A stretch of 64,000 bases of DNA from contig OZ038378.1 in NCBI GenBank assembly GCA_964036045.1, forward strand, positions 197,904,001 to 197,968,000, given 5' to 3'. Shown here piece by piece: positions 37,101-48,520 of this stretch. The DNA is from Eutreptiella sp. 'Long Island Sound 2002' (taxonomy: Eukaryota > Protista > Euglenida). A program made the position numbers and the translations under genes. The notes under the pieces are model-generated. The model was not told the origin of the DNA. It worked only from the letters and a program-made list of their open reading frames with translations, and made no database searches. Within the stretch, counting starts at the first letter, position 1, and each line of letters begins with the position of its first letter.

Positions 37101-40100
37101 TCCTTTTGAGTGGTTGCAATCCAGTAGCTCCTGGGGGGGGGGGGGCTGTTTAGGTCAACCAAAGGTTCCACCTACACCTTCAGCTTGTGAGCTTGTGGTT
37201 ACTAAGCAAGCAGCCCAATCAGTGGTTCTGCTGGTGAGAAGTCATGTTTTTTGGGGATGTATTGATCATATGATGGTACTTCCAGCATATTTGATGATTC
37301 TTCCACCTGGGCATCAGTTTCATGACAGAACAATGGGGGGAAGGTGGTTGTGTGTCTAAGCTGAGCCAAGAGTAATCAAATTCCACCACCCGTGCAAGAT
37401 GACAGCTGACAATGGAAATGCTGCGTGATGGCATGTTTACAGAATGGTGGCTGCTTGTTGTGTCAATGCGAATTCGGGCAGCTGCACAGCTGGAGGAATG
37501 CAAATAGCCACATTTCCCCTCCAGCCCTGCAACCTCTTAGCCAAGGGCGAATGAGGGAGATTTGCACACTGGATTCTGGAACCAGAGTTGTGCAATGTGA
37601 ATTCACAACTTGTAATCAGGAGGTTGCATATCCCAAGGGGTTTACTCATGCTGTTTTTGTAAGTCATGAAATTCGTGAAATCCCCTCCCTCTCTTCCCTT
37701 GCACATATTGCAAGATCCCAGCAAGTGAGCTCATAGATGCATGTTTTTGGGAAGGGTAATGTGTCCATGAAGGATGTTTGGTATTTTCCTACAATGCTGA
37801 AAAAACCATGGTGATTGTTTTGTTGTGGGAGTTGTCACCTACCGTACAGTTGCACCCTGCACCAGTACACAACACAACAATTTGCTTTTGTCACCCAAGC
37901 AGCAAGGTTTTCCAAGTCTTTATTCCATTTTCACCATGGGCTCCATTTTTGTCGCCTCAATCTGCAGTCGAATGTGCCATTTATTTGACAAATTTGACTA
38001 AATATCAAGCCCACAACCGACCGCTAGGAGGCTGCTATGCTGCTTTTGCTTTGTGCAAATCTCTCAGGGCTTCATGGTGGTCCACAAAAACAATATATTT
38101 TGAGTTGGTTTTTGATAGAAAACCAATGGTTGTTGATGAATTGAGCCATTTTTTGGAAAATGAGCCATTTCAACACTATCATGGAACGCACAGGCACCAT
38201 CACAACCAAGATCACGTGCAAATAAAGCAAAGCATAGCAACCGTGACGCAAGATTGTAATACAAACAAAGGCATTGTGTATGTTCCATAGTACAAGTATA
38301 AATTCGCAAGGGGAGAGGTAAGGAAGGTGGGAGAATTGTATCAATACACACTAAATTTTGGCCCAGCCATTGGAGGATAGAGGTGATGGAGTAAGGAATT
38401 TGCATGCCATTGGCTGTAATGAATTGGGCAAAGCAACCACCCTATACCATGTCAAATACATTGTTGTTGCGGTATTACAAATATTTGATACAAATACCTC
38501 ACACTACAATGAAGTGAGCTTCTCACGTTGGACCGTTGCAAGTTTGAGGATGTTTGTCCACAGAAGGGGGGAGGGTGTGAGTTGCCTCACTTTTTTCAGG
38601 CTCCCCCATGGTCCAAGAACAATCGCCTCGGGCATGCATAGGCAAACCTTTGCTTGTGCACTATTGAAGAAGCAACAATTTGTGCAAAGGTTACAAAAGA
38701 TTTAGATATTCGGATGCGGCTCTGTTGTGTGTCTGATGTGGCCATCTTCCCACGGCCCTGTGCACCCGAAGCTCTTTTTTCGTCCAAAACGGCCACACTA
38801 GATAGCGATGTAGGAATGCTACATTACCGTGCGCGCATGTGATTACAAATTATGAGGCCCATTATTGGTAAATGTGTTGCGCACCCTACAACAAGCCTTA
38901 AAGCATGATGGTTGATACAACCGCAATGGTCCACAGGCACACCATGACTTGGTGTATTCACACGGTCTCCATCAGTGTTTCGTGGGATGGTTAAATTTGG
39001 TTGAAACTGTGCAAATCAATGGAACTGTCATGCCCATCCTATCCGCTCAAGTCTGACTGCTTGGTATTGCTTTGTCGCTGATTCTCACTGACAACCTTAA
39101 CCTTTCCGCTGACAAAAAATTAGATCCCTGGAGATCCGGTGCGTGAAAAATGTTGTTACTAGCATGGTGCTGACAAACACCCTTGAGCTACATATCTTTG
39201 TGCATCCCGGGGTTAAGATCGCACGGTCTGCTTTGATGCTTTTATGAGCCAATGTTTCGCGGTAAAAATGAGCATAGGTATTGGGGAGCTTCACCGAGAA
39301 AGCTGAGAGCCGCAGTGCAGGGGAAAAAATGACCGGAAGCCAGCAATATAGCGTGCATGCGAACCAACTGGAACATTTTGGCATATGAAAATATTCCATG
39401 CTACGAAAGTTGTGGTTGAATAAACATTGAGAGTGATCGAGCTTGTTTAAGGTACCCATCACCACTGTTGCCGCAATATGCTGCTGATGACAAAGGACTC
39501 GAAATGTGCTTGTCCGTTCCGCCTTTGAAATCCAACTATTCATCTTGGTTCAACAAACTCTTTTTCAATAAGGCCGATCTACAAGCTGCTTTGTAACGGT
39601 GAGGGGCTTCACAAAGGAATCCTGTGTTTGAAAAAGGAAAGAATAAGAACACTAGAAGGGTACGCGTGCATACACAGGCCTCAGTTGAACCAAGAATGCC
39701 AAATTATCCATTCTGTTGCTTAATAATAAATTTGGAAGTTTCCTAAAACTGTAACCGAAATTGCTGAATCGCTGAAATCACTGTCCCATGGGACACAATG
39801 TATGCAAATGGGATCCGAACCGGCTTCACCAATACAGTTTGTACTTTGTCGCAGCTGCCTAGAGGGTACTTCTTCAATTCCGCCGCGACGGCCTTCACGG
39901 CTACTACCCAAAAGATTCCCGGGAAGCCATTGCAAAGGGCAACCACGTTTTCATCCAAGGTGAGCAAAGGATTCATTTGATGTAAGCGCTGGTAGATAGC
40001 CTCTAGTGTTCCGACTAATTGATGAAACCGATTGCGAACCTTATCTCCTATCCCACAAAATGAAATTGAAGCAAACATGAAGTGAATTGAAACCAAGCCT

Positions 40101-41499
40101 TGCTCGTCGGTGTCCTACCGTGAATTGCAAGTTGGATGCAGTCTAATTTTGTCGCCGTTTCAGTTTGAGCTGGCATGACATGGGTTAAAGACACGTTGAT
40201 GAGTTTTTCTAGTTAAGGTTCGGAATTGGTTTTATGTAAAATGATTCTTTCCAATTATTTATGAGAAAATAATCAATTGTTCCGAGTATATTTCATCAAG
40301 ATAATTCGTTGTTTCCGATTCTTGTTTTTGATACAACCAGCTATTGAGCAAAACTTCTAAATTTTACAAAACGGACAATACAGACAAAGTAAAAGGATGG
40401 AGACTACCAAAAATCCTTGACGTTCAATGTGCAAACCTCTGATGATGCAAGACCTCCCTTTTTTCTTAACAGAAACACCACCTAGCTCGACAATTTTTTT
40501 GGCCGTTTCTAATTGGTCTAATTGATTTGTTTCCATTTATTCAAAACCAGTAGTTTTGAAGATTTTTTCCAAAATTACATCCGATAATCGCCGATAATTG
40601 GTTTTTCCGTTTAATTGGCAAAATCGGTTCTGAACCTTAGCGTGGTTGTCCCTCCATTGCCGCCGCCAAACAGTTTTTGAAACAGGGCTATGTAATGCTC
40701 CTTGTTTGCTTTGTTTGATTATATGTTTGTTTTTTTTTACACTATGGAAAGAAGACATGGGGCACGGGCTGTGATGTCTTTGTATGCAATGCACCATTTT
40801 ATGTCCATTTTATGAAACCTAGACATTTGGGTCAATAGTTGTTCAATTCAATTTTTTGATGAACGGAGTATTTGGACCAATTGCTTATTTTCTTTCAAAT
40901 AATTGGAAACCATTGGTCATTTTTCAAACAAACCAGTTCGAATCCTTAGCTTTAGACCATGTCTTTGCACAAATGCCCCACGTGCATTCATCATTGAAAA
41001 CGATTGCGCTAGGTTTCTACTTCGCATGTATGTTTGCAAGACTCTGCTTTGAAACTTGGTTGCCTTGAAACTCCGGTCAAATTGCATATTACCTTGGAAA
41101 AGAATACTTGGGCCATGGCAAAACCAAGAGTGGCACAGAGGACATCAAAACTTAGCCCTATATAGCACACAGCACCATTGGTGCTGCATTCAGGTTTGGA
41201 ATTGTGCCTTTAAATAATAACCGATTTCTGTCGTTTATTATTTCAAAATAATCGAAAATGCCAATTATTACTTTGCAAAATCACCAATTCAATTCGATTG
41301 AACTCGGTGAAAATCACGTGCTCACCGGCGATGCCGCAACGGCGATTTTCAGACTCTTGTTTCGACGATTTCTTGAATTTTTTGAAGATTTAGAAACCGA
41401 GGTTCGGGTAGTCTCTCATTTACAACAGAAACCACCTATCTAGCTACTGAATTTATGTTTTGGCTCAAATTATTAATTCTAGGTCGCAGCAAGAAAATT

Positions 41500-41743
41500 G
41501 AACCGGAACGGGTTTCAAAGTGACATTTAGAAAGATTTTACCATCATTTAACCATTCCCAAAGTTTGAGCCTTCAACTCTTCATGAAATTCGAGAAATCA
41601 TCACGGCTCAATTTATTGGTTCCGAATCTTAGCAAAAAATCGAACTGGAACGGGTCTCGAAGTGACAGGTAGATAGATTTTATCATCATTTTCGAATTCC
41701 CCAAGTTTGAGCCTTCAACTTTTCATGAAATGCGAGAAATCAT
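41500..41743. repeat. Diverged tandem duplication, ~142-bp period, in an AT-rich tract
   Basis: gaac(c/t)ggaacggg...aagtttgagccttcaact...catgaaat..gagaaatcatc at 41500 and 41642. Confidence 0.85.
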
Positions 41744-43069
41744 CCAAACAAAACTCTTGTGATGGCCGCAAGCAATCAGTTATTTGGAATGCCTTTGAAA
41801 AACAATCGATTTGATGCAATTATTTTCTTTTTTAGGCCGATTATTCACAATTGACCGATTCATCGTTGATTGGCAAAATTGATTCCGAATCTTACACTGC
41901 ATATTACTTTTCAGCTCAACTTGTCTAACAAAAGAGTGTGGCAGGCCCAAAGAGTGTTGTATGATCGCCGCATTGCCGAGCGCACATGTGATAAAATTCA
42001 TGATTGGCAAATGTGCTGTACACCCCATAGTGGGCTTTGAAACATGATGATATATGCACCATTTTAGGGTATGCATTAACACTTGGTGTCTTCGTGGCTG
42101 TCTTCATCATAGTGTTGCAGTTCCATTGCTCCACAATAGTAGACTGCGGAAAATGTGACTCCCCTTTCTCTCTTTTTCATTCTACCTCAAAACTATCTTT
42201 CCTTTGCCATTCATGTCTTCAGGTTTGTCTGTTTTGCATCTCCTTGCGCTACAAGCCTTAGATAACCCACGGCAACCAAAACAGATCCACTCTGGCCCAT
42301 GGTGCACGTTGGTGCAGTGTTCTCACTCTACAAACCTTGTAAATACCTGCAGCTGTCCACTGGTGAACTTTGGCTTGCCATGAATGCTTGTTTGCCTGTG
42401 GTCATGCCGCTTTGGTGCATTGCTTGTGGCAGGGGACCGCCTTGAATCCCCCCCCCCTCACAAAAAGAGCCCCCGAAATGAAAGCGGGGCATTTTTACAC
42501 CCTGGCCAGCCCAACCAAGAATTACCAAAGCAGAGCTCAAATTGGTGATGGAATGGTCAAAAAAATGGTGGATGTTAATATTGATGCCTGGCAGCTGCAT
42601 TGCTGCAGGGACCCTGATATGCGAAGAACACTGGAACAACACGAAAAAAACAAGGCATTTGCACAGAGTGAGATTGGCTAAAAGATCTTCCAAAGAAGAA
42701 ACACAGCGTCTGTGGCAGGAGTAGAATCTGGTAGGTGGCCTGAAACAAATGAACCTGTGGCTCCATTCATAGAGAACAACAAAAAGGTGCACGCATTGTG
42801 CATGCTGCTGTAAACTGTGCACTGCCACTGCAACTCCTTGAGACAGAGCAAATTACAATCACTGACTCAATAGAATTAATTCAATTAACTGTGTTGATGA
42901 AAACACATGCTCGCCTGAGGCAAGCGGAATCAGAATGCCGTGCACCCATTACTCCAGGTGGTGACGCTTGTTGCAGTGGTAGCCGTTTTTCGCATTTCCA
43001 TAAATTGCACGAAGTCGCCCCCCCTACCCCTCTACCTCTGGGGGGGGGGGGGGCTTTACCCAAGCACCA

Positions 43070-43505
43070 CACCAAGGCAGTTTGTAATCTGTAGACACAG
43101 TCTGTTGGCATGTTGTAGACGTGAAGTGACAATATTTGGGAAGGGGCCCAAGGCCCCCTTCCAAAAAACAGGCTGCTCACATCGTTTACCCGTGCACGAC
43201 ACCAAGGCAGTCTGTACTCTGTAGACGCGGTCTGCTACACGTAGACACAATCTGCTCATTGTAGACACTGTTGGCATGTTGTAGACGCAAAGAGACAATA
43301 TTTGGGAAGGGGGTCGAAGGCCCCGTTCCAAAAAACGGGCCCCTCACGTGGTTTACCCGTGCATGACACCAAGGCAGTCTGTAGTCTGTAGACGCGGTCT
43401 GCTACACGTAGACACGGTCTGCTAATTTTAGACACTGTCGGCATGTTGCAGACGTGAAGTGACAATATTTGGGAAGGGGGCCGAAGGCTCCCTTCACAAA
43501 AAAGG
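43070..43505. repeat. Tandem repeat x3 (130-170 bp) with internal gtagac subrepeats
   Basis: caccaaggcagt starts at ~43070, 43200 and 43368; gacaatatttgggaagggg recurs three times. Confidence 0.9.
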
Positions 43506-44861
43506 GCCGCTTGTGGCATTTTCCCTTGCACCCATGATCATTTCTAAGGTGCTAAGCGTGGCCGCAAGGTGCGAAGCGCCGTCCCGTTAGGTGGTGAGCG
43601 CAGAACGGGCGTGGACGGTCCCGGGGTAGGGGGGGAGGGGGGCGACTATGTGCATACTATCTGCATTTTGCACCTGGCTGTGTTTGAAAAATTGGCAGTG
43701 AAATAAAGTAACAAAAACAAGAGAATCACATCAATCAACTCACTAACTCCTGCAACACCTGAAAGGCAGAGATGGTCTGCAAGGGATCCAACTTGGCAAA
43801 ATCTGCAATTGGCAGCCACCATGCAGCAGCTGGTGGCAGAGCACAGTATTTTGATAGAGTGGTGTTTGAATCACCACTGCACCAAACAGTGTGACGCAAG
43901 CTCCTACTGGCACATCTGTACAGGCCTGGCCTCAAACGAGGCTGCAGCAGCAAGCACCAAAGGAATTCCTTGGAATGAAAACTTCAGCATTCTAAAACCA
44001 GTTCTGAAATCGCAATGAGCCATCCCCAACCCAACGCTTCACCTGCAACTGGTGGTTGCATTGACGATTGAGAGTCCCGATTGAGAGTCCCAGTTTCCTA
44101 GCCTGCCTCTAACATGTAGCTGAACCAAATTGCTGTACATTGAGCAAGCGGAAGCTTCCACGGAGCATGTCGCTACCTCACAAAATGAAGTGTAAACTTG
44201 GCGCCAAATGGATTGCTACATCTGGTGGAAGAAGAAAACCTCTGTTGTGTTCAGAACAACCCCACCATGATACGCATTTGGGAAACACGGTGGGTACTTC
44301 TATTCCCACTGTAAATAGGCTTGTGCACCGACTGATATGGTTGGGCCCCTTCGTGATCCTGTCTCATTGATGCAACCCCAAGGGCGCTCTGTCGCTCACT
44401 GCCAGGCACGGCATGATCTTGCTTCAGCCTTGGGAGGGAGGAGATCGAATATCTGTGGTGGCTGATGGCAGGCGGGGAAGGGGTGGTGGTTTGTCCTGGC
44501 CCTCCGGTCGTGCCGCTGCGGCGGCTGAGTGTGGCGGACGGCCGCAAGGCCCTGGAGGAGGTGAGGGGGATGAAGGCCGACAAGGTCCCTCGCTATTCAC
44601 ACCCAAATTTGAGTGACTAGAGGCCTGTGTGGATTGTTTCTTTAAGAACAGACACTGCCCACCGCCAGTAAGTACCGCCATCCTGTGCAATTTGAATGAA
44701 GCACGATCTGTCTGGAGCTATTTGTGTCGTTTTCTTTTTGGGTTTCAATTTTTGGGTTTAAAAAAGCAATAATTGATGCCAGCAAGGCCATGAAGGGGGG
44801 CATGACAAATGAGGCAACGAGGCCTCCAAAGAGGTCAGAGGACAGCGAGGAAGGCAGGAGA

Positions 44862-45291
44862 TCAGGATGGCGCAGGTCCTGCAGCTGCCTCCAGGAGGGC
44901 CTCCGCAATGGTATTCGTCCGGGCCTCTTTGAGGGGACTTGCGGCAAACACTGCCTTCTCGGGGTCCGCAGAAGCGGCTGCCTTCTGCAAGTCCTTCAGA
45001 GCCTTGCGTCCGGACCCAGGGCTCAACAGCATCTGCCCGGCGGAGGCACGGCGAGGGGCTACAGGGCCGCTGCGGCAGCGGGCAGACAAGGCCGCCTTGG
45101 CATCGCTATTGCATCGGCCCATGCGCCCGCCATCTCCTTCCGTGCTCACAAATGGCACGCGGATATCCAACGGCTCCTGGTTCTCTTTGCTGTCGCTGCC
45201 CTCCAGCCGCTCGCTCTTCAGCAGGTCCCCCTTGCTGAGCAACACCTTCTGCGTGTGGCGCGCCCCCGGCGTGAACAGTTCCCGATCCACC
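44862..45291 (-). CDS. Probable (terminal?) exon of a disordered protein with KEN-box, D-box-like and CDK-type motifs; upstream exon(s) unresolved
   Basis: Pyrimidine-rich tract then aacaag|GTG GAT. GC-rich open frame VDRELFTPGARHTQK...SKENQEP...LSPGSGRKALKDLQK...ASPLKE...AAAGPAPS*. Confidence 0.55.
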
Positions 45292-45823
45292 TTGTTGCGA
45301 GGGTGCGAGGGGGTTGGAGGGGTCCAGAGATGGGGACAACGCAATCGACAGGAAGGCAGAGGCGCGGTCGGGCAGGAGAGGAAAGCAGAGGCAATCGGTG
45401 AGGAATGTGGAGGACTGGAGGGTTCGAGTGGGTTGGGGAGGACTAAAGAGGATGGGAGCAATGATGCATTGGAAGGGGGGGAGGTACCCCCCCCCCGCCC
45501 AGAATCATTGTGGTTGTTAGAAGCCCTTGTTGGGAAAATGCTCCTGCAGATGCACACACCCGCGCACACAAGTCAGTGCTGGAGTCGGCAAACCCAGCAT
45601 GGACTCAGAGTGTGCATCTGGATGCACCTGGTCAACGACACGGGCAACAGCCCGTCTCCGGGACGGCCGACCCCGGAGTAGTCGAACAGGACAAATCATT
45701 CAGGGGCTCCGTTGACACAACCAAAACACATTCGGACCCACAGAGGGTCGGAATGTACAAGGGCGAGAGGCCAATAGGCGCCGCCAAAGGGAAGCAAACC
45801 AACACCATGGCCTCGTGCCAACC

Positions 45824-46146
45824 CCCTGTGTGACATTCCGTCTGGTTGTTGCTCCTTCACGGGGCCCTGGACAGTCACCCGTTCTTCCCTTCGCATGTTG
45901 CGTCGGGTCGCTGCTTTCTGTCGGCTGCTGCGGCCGGTGCTCTTGCTGGTGTCGTTTCCACGTTCGCGGAGCCCAGTAGTTGGTGTGTTGGGGCTGTGCT
46001 GAATGTAGCATGGTGTGCCGTTTGCGCGTCAGCGGCGCCCAATAATTGGCGTATTGAGGATGTGCTCGTTGTTGCCGGGGTCGTTTGACTGTTTTTGCTG
46101 TCCACACACCTCTGTCCACAGGCCATCCATAGCCTGCCTCGCTGTG
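45824..46146. repeat. ~320-bp dispersed (SINE-like) repeat, copy 1
   Basis: Near-identical to 55609-55931 (ccctgtgtgacattccgtctgg...cctgcctcgctgtg). Confidence 0.92.
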
Positions 46147-46740
46147 CCTCGCCCCCCCTTCCTCCCCGGCTTGGTGGATCTTCATGACCCAGGTAGGCCT
46201 CGGCGAAAAAGGCCTGGTCGAGATCTTCGTGAATGGCGAGAAATCGATTGACGCTGCCAAAGGCCAAAAGAGCAGCATCATTTCAGGGCTTTGACCCCCC
46301 ACTCCCTGCAGGGCACCCAGCCGGTGCCCAGCTGCTGTGTCCCTGATGGCAAATGCCAGCTTCAATGGCAGTGACCGCCCCCAACCGCTTCGGCAACCTC
46401 CTCGAACCGCCTGTCTAACCGCTTCTGGGGCTGCCTCCGAGGTCCCTTCCCTTCTGATGCATCCCTGGATCGGAAAACAGAGAGTGCTGGCAACAGCTTT
46501 AGAGAAATGGTGCGGATGGAAGAGGGTCGGAGGAGGTTCGGTTTGCCGGTCGGGCGCACGCTTACTGGGGCTTTCCCAAGCTCCCAACCTTGGTGCGTCC
46601 CAGTGCCGGCACGAAGAAAAAAACCACAGCAGAGGGAATCAGCACAACTCAGTAGCTCAGAGGCTGGGGGGTTCTGAAATAAACGAACGCTCACGGGGAC
46701 GCTCTCTGCTTCCTGGTCATGGGACCTTCTCTACTTCAAA

Positions 46741-46835
46741 GGTTGGTGGTCGGCGGTCGGCGGTTGGTGGTTGGCGGTTGGTGGCTGGTGGGGTTGGCGG
46801 TTGGCGGTGGTTGGCAGCGGTTGGCGGTTGGTGGT
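46741..46835. repeat. Degenerate (GGTTGGC/GGTTGGT)n simple repeat
   Basis: Direct reading. Confidence 0.85.
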
Positions 46836-47212
46836 CCCTGGGAGCGGTCCTCAATAAAATTTTCGTCAGGCTTCTTAAGGACCCGCCTGCTCAGAGTCAG
46901 AACACAGCTGCATAAAGCGGCAAAATACGCTTGAAACAGCAAAAGCGAGCTGCACCTAAAGCGGGGGTTGCAGAGGGTTGGACAGGGTGAACGAAGCTTC
47001 AAAACGAATAGCAATCGGTAGACAGGGTTGAGGGCAGACTTGGCACTAGCGTCTGCCACGTCACACGTGATCAGAAGGAGCTGGATCTTACTGCGTCAGA
47101 CACAGGACGCATCTTGTTCCTACTGAGTTTTGGTTGCGACGGCAGCGGATATTACCGAGTGGCACATGGGACAGCGCCGATTCCCAACGAAACTCAGTTC
47201 CCCTGCCGGACA

Positions 47213-48520
47213 CTAGTGGCGTGTCTGGTGGAGGGTCGGGGCCGGAGAGGGCTGGACCTCGGATGTCAGCACGTCCAGACTGACCCTGACGCCCGCGCGC
47301 CCCAGCGTTAGACTCACCGTCTGCCCCGGCTTGACCTTCGACGCCAGGCACTTGAAGCTCGTCAGGGACGTCGTCGGGCGGTCGTTCAGGTGGGTGATCA
47401 CGTCGCCCACCTGCACCCCCTGCTTGGCCGCCGGGCCCTTCGCCGCCACGACCTTCACCCCCGGCAGCTCCGCCCCGTCGATGACCACGGTCTCCGGCTC
47501 CACGAGGCGCCCGTCCAGCACGCGCCCCTCCGAGATCTCGATGCCGATCCAGGCCACGGTCGGCCGCTTGCGCTCCGGCGCCTTGGCGGTCGCGCTCGCG
47601 TGCCACCGCAGCATCTTCTGGTGCGTCGCCAGCAGCTTGTTCCGCGCCTCCACCTCCTGCGCCGCGATGCCCCGCCGCTGCTGCCGCTCCCGGTCCTCCC
47701 ACTGCCGCAGCAGCTCCTCCAGCTGCGCCTGCCGGCGCTGCAGGCGGCCCGCCTCCTGCACCCACCCCCAGCACTGCCCAAGCGCCCGCTGCAGGTCCTC
47801 GAACGCCTCCGTCAGCCCCGCGCGCTGCCGCGCCTCCTCTGCACAGCACCGCGGGCCCCACGTGGCGACAAGGCCCCGCAGCCCCTCGCACCGCCGGCAC
47901 CCGCGCTGCCGCAGGTCCCGCAGCCGCCGCGCGCACTCCCGCGCCCGGTCCACCACCGCTGCCGCGTCGTCGTCCCCGGCCTCCGCGTCGTCCTCCCCGG
48001 CCCCCACCCCCGCCGCAGTCTCGTCCGCCGCGCCCTGGGCCAGGCCCGCGGCCAGTGCCCCGCACTCCGCCACCAGCGGCCCCAACGCCCGCAAATGCGT
48101 TTGGGCGGTCGACAGGTCCGGGCACCCCCGGAGCAGCTCCGCCAGGCGCTCCTCGTGCTCCCGGATCCGCCCCAGCCGCTGCACCTCCCGGTCCAGCCCG
48201 GCCCGAATGCTCTGCCACGCGCCCAGGCCCCCCTCGTCGCCCCCCTGCCCCTCCCCCGCGGGCGCCGCCGCCGCCGCCGCGAACGCCGCGTGTTCTACCC
48301 CAAACTCACCGCACAGCCGCGCCAGCGGCGCGCTCTGGGCCTCGAGCGCGGGCTCCAGGGCGGCCGTCAGGCGCTGCAGGCGCTGCAGCGCGTCCTGCGC
48401 GTGTGCCGCGGCCTCCTCCCGCTGCGCGGCTGCCAGCTCCAGCTGCTGCTGCTGCTGCTCCGCCTTCGAGACCGCGCTTTGCAGCTCCGCCTCCCGCGCC
48501 CCGGACCGCTCCAAGTGCTC
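47213..48520 (-). CDS. Exon 4 (last) of coiled-coil protein with C-terminal PDZ-like domain
   Basis: ggccttcag|GAG CAC phase-0 acceptor; 1308 nt to the stop. Heptad-rich, then WIGIEI...GVKVVAAKGPAAKQGVQVGDVITHLNDRPT...VKPGQTVSLTLGR (PDZ pattern: GPA-GL-GD-I-N). Confidence 0.88.
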   Translation of the reverse strand, partial: EHLERSGAREAELQSAVSKAEQQQQQLELAAAQREEAAAHAQDALQRLQRLTAALEPALEAQSAPLARLCGEFGVEHAAFAAAAAAPAGEGQGGDEGGLGAWQSIRAGLDREVQRLGRIREHEERLAELLRGCPDLSTAQTHLRALGPLVAECGALAAGLAQGAADETAAGVGAGEDDAEAGDDDAAAVVDRARECARRLRDLRQRGCRRCEGLRGLVATWGPRCCAEEARQRAGLTEAFEDLQRALGQCWGWVQEAGRLQRRQAQLEELLRQWEDRERQQRRGIAAQEVEARNKLLATHQKMLRWHASATAKAPERKRPTVAWIGIEISEGRVLDGRLVEPETVVIDGAELPGVKVVAAKGPAAKQGVQVGDVITHLNDRPTTSLTSFKCLASKVKPGQTVSLTLGRAGVRVSLDVLTSEVQPSPAPTLHQTRH

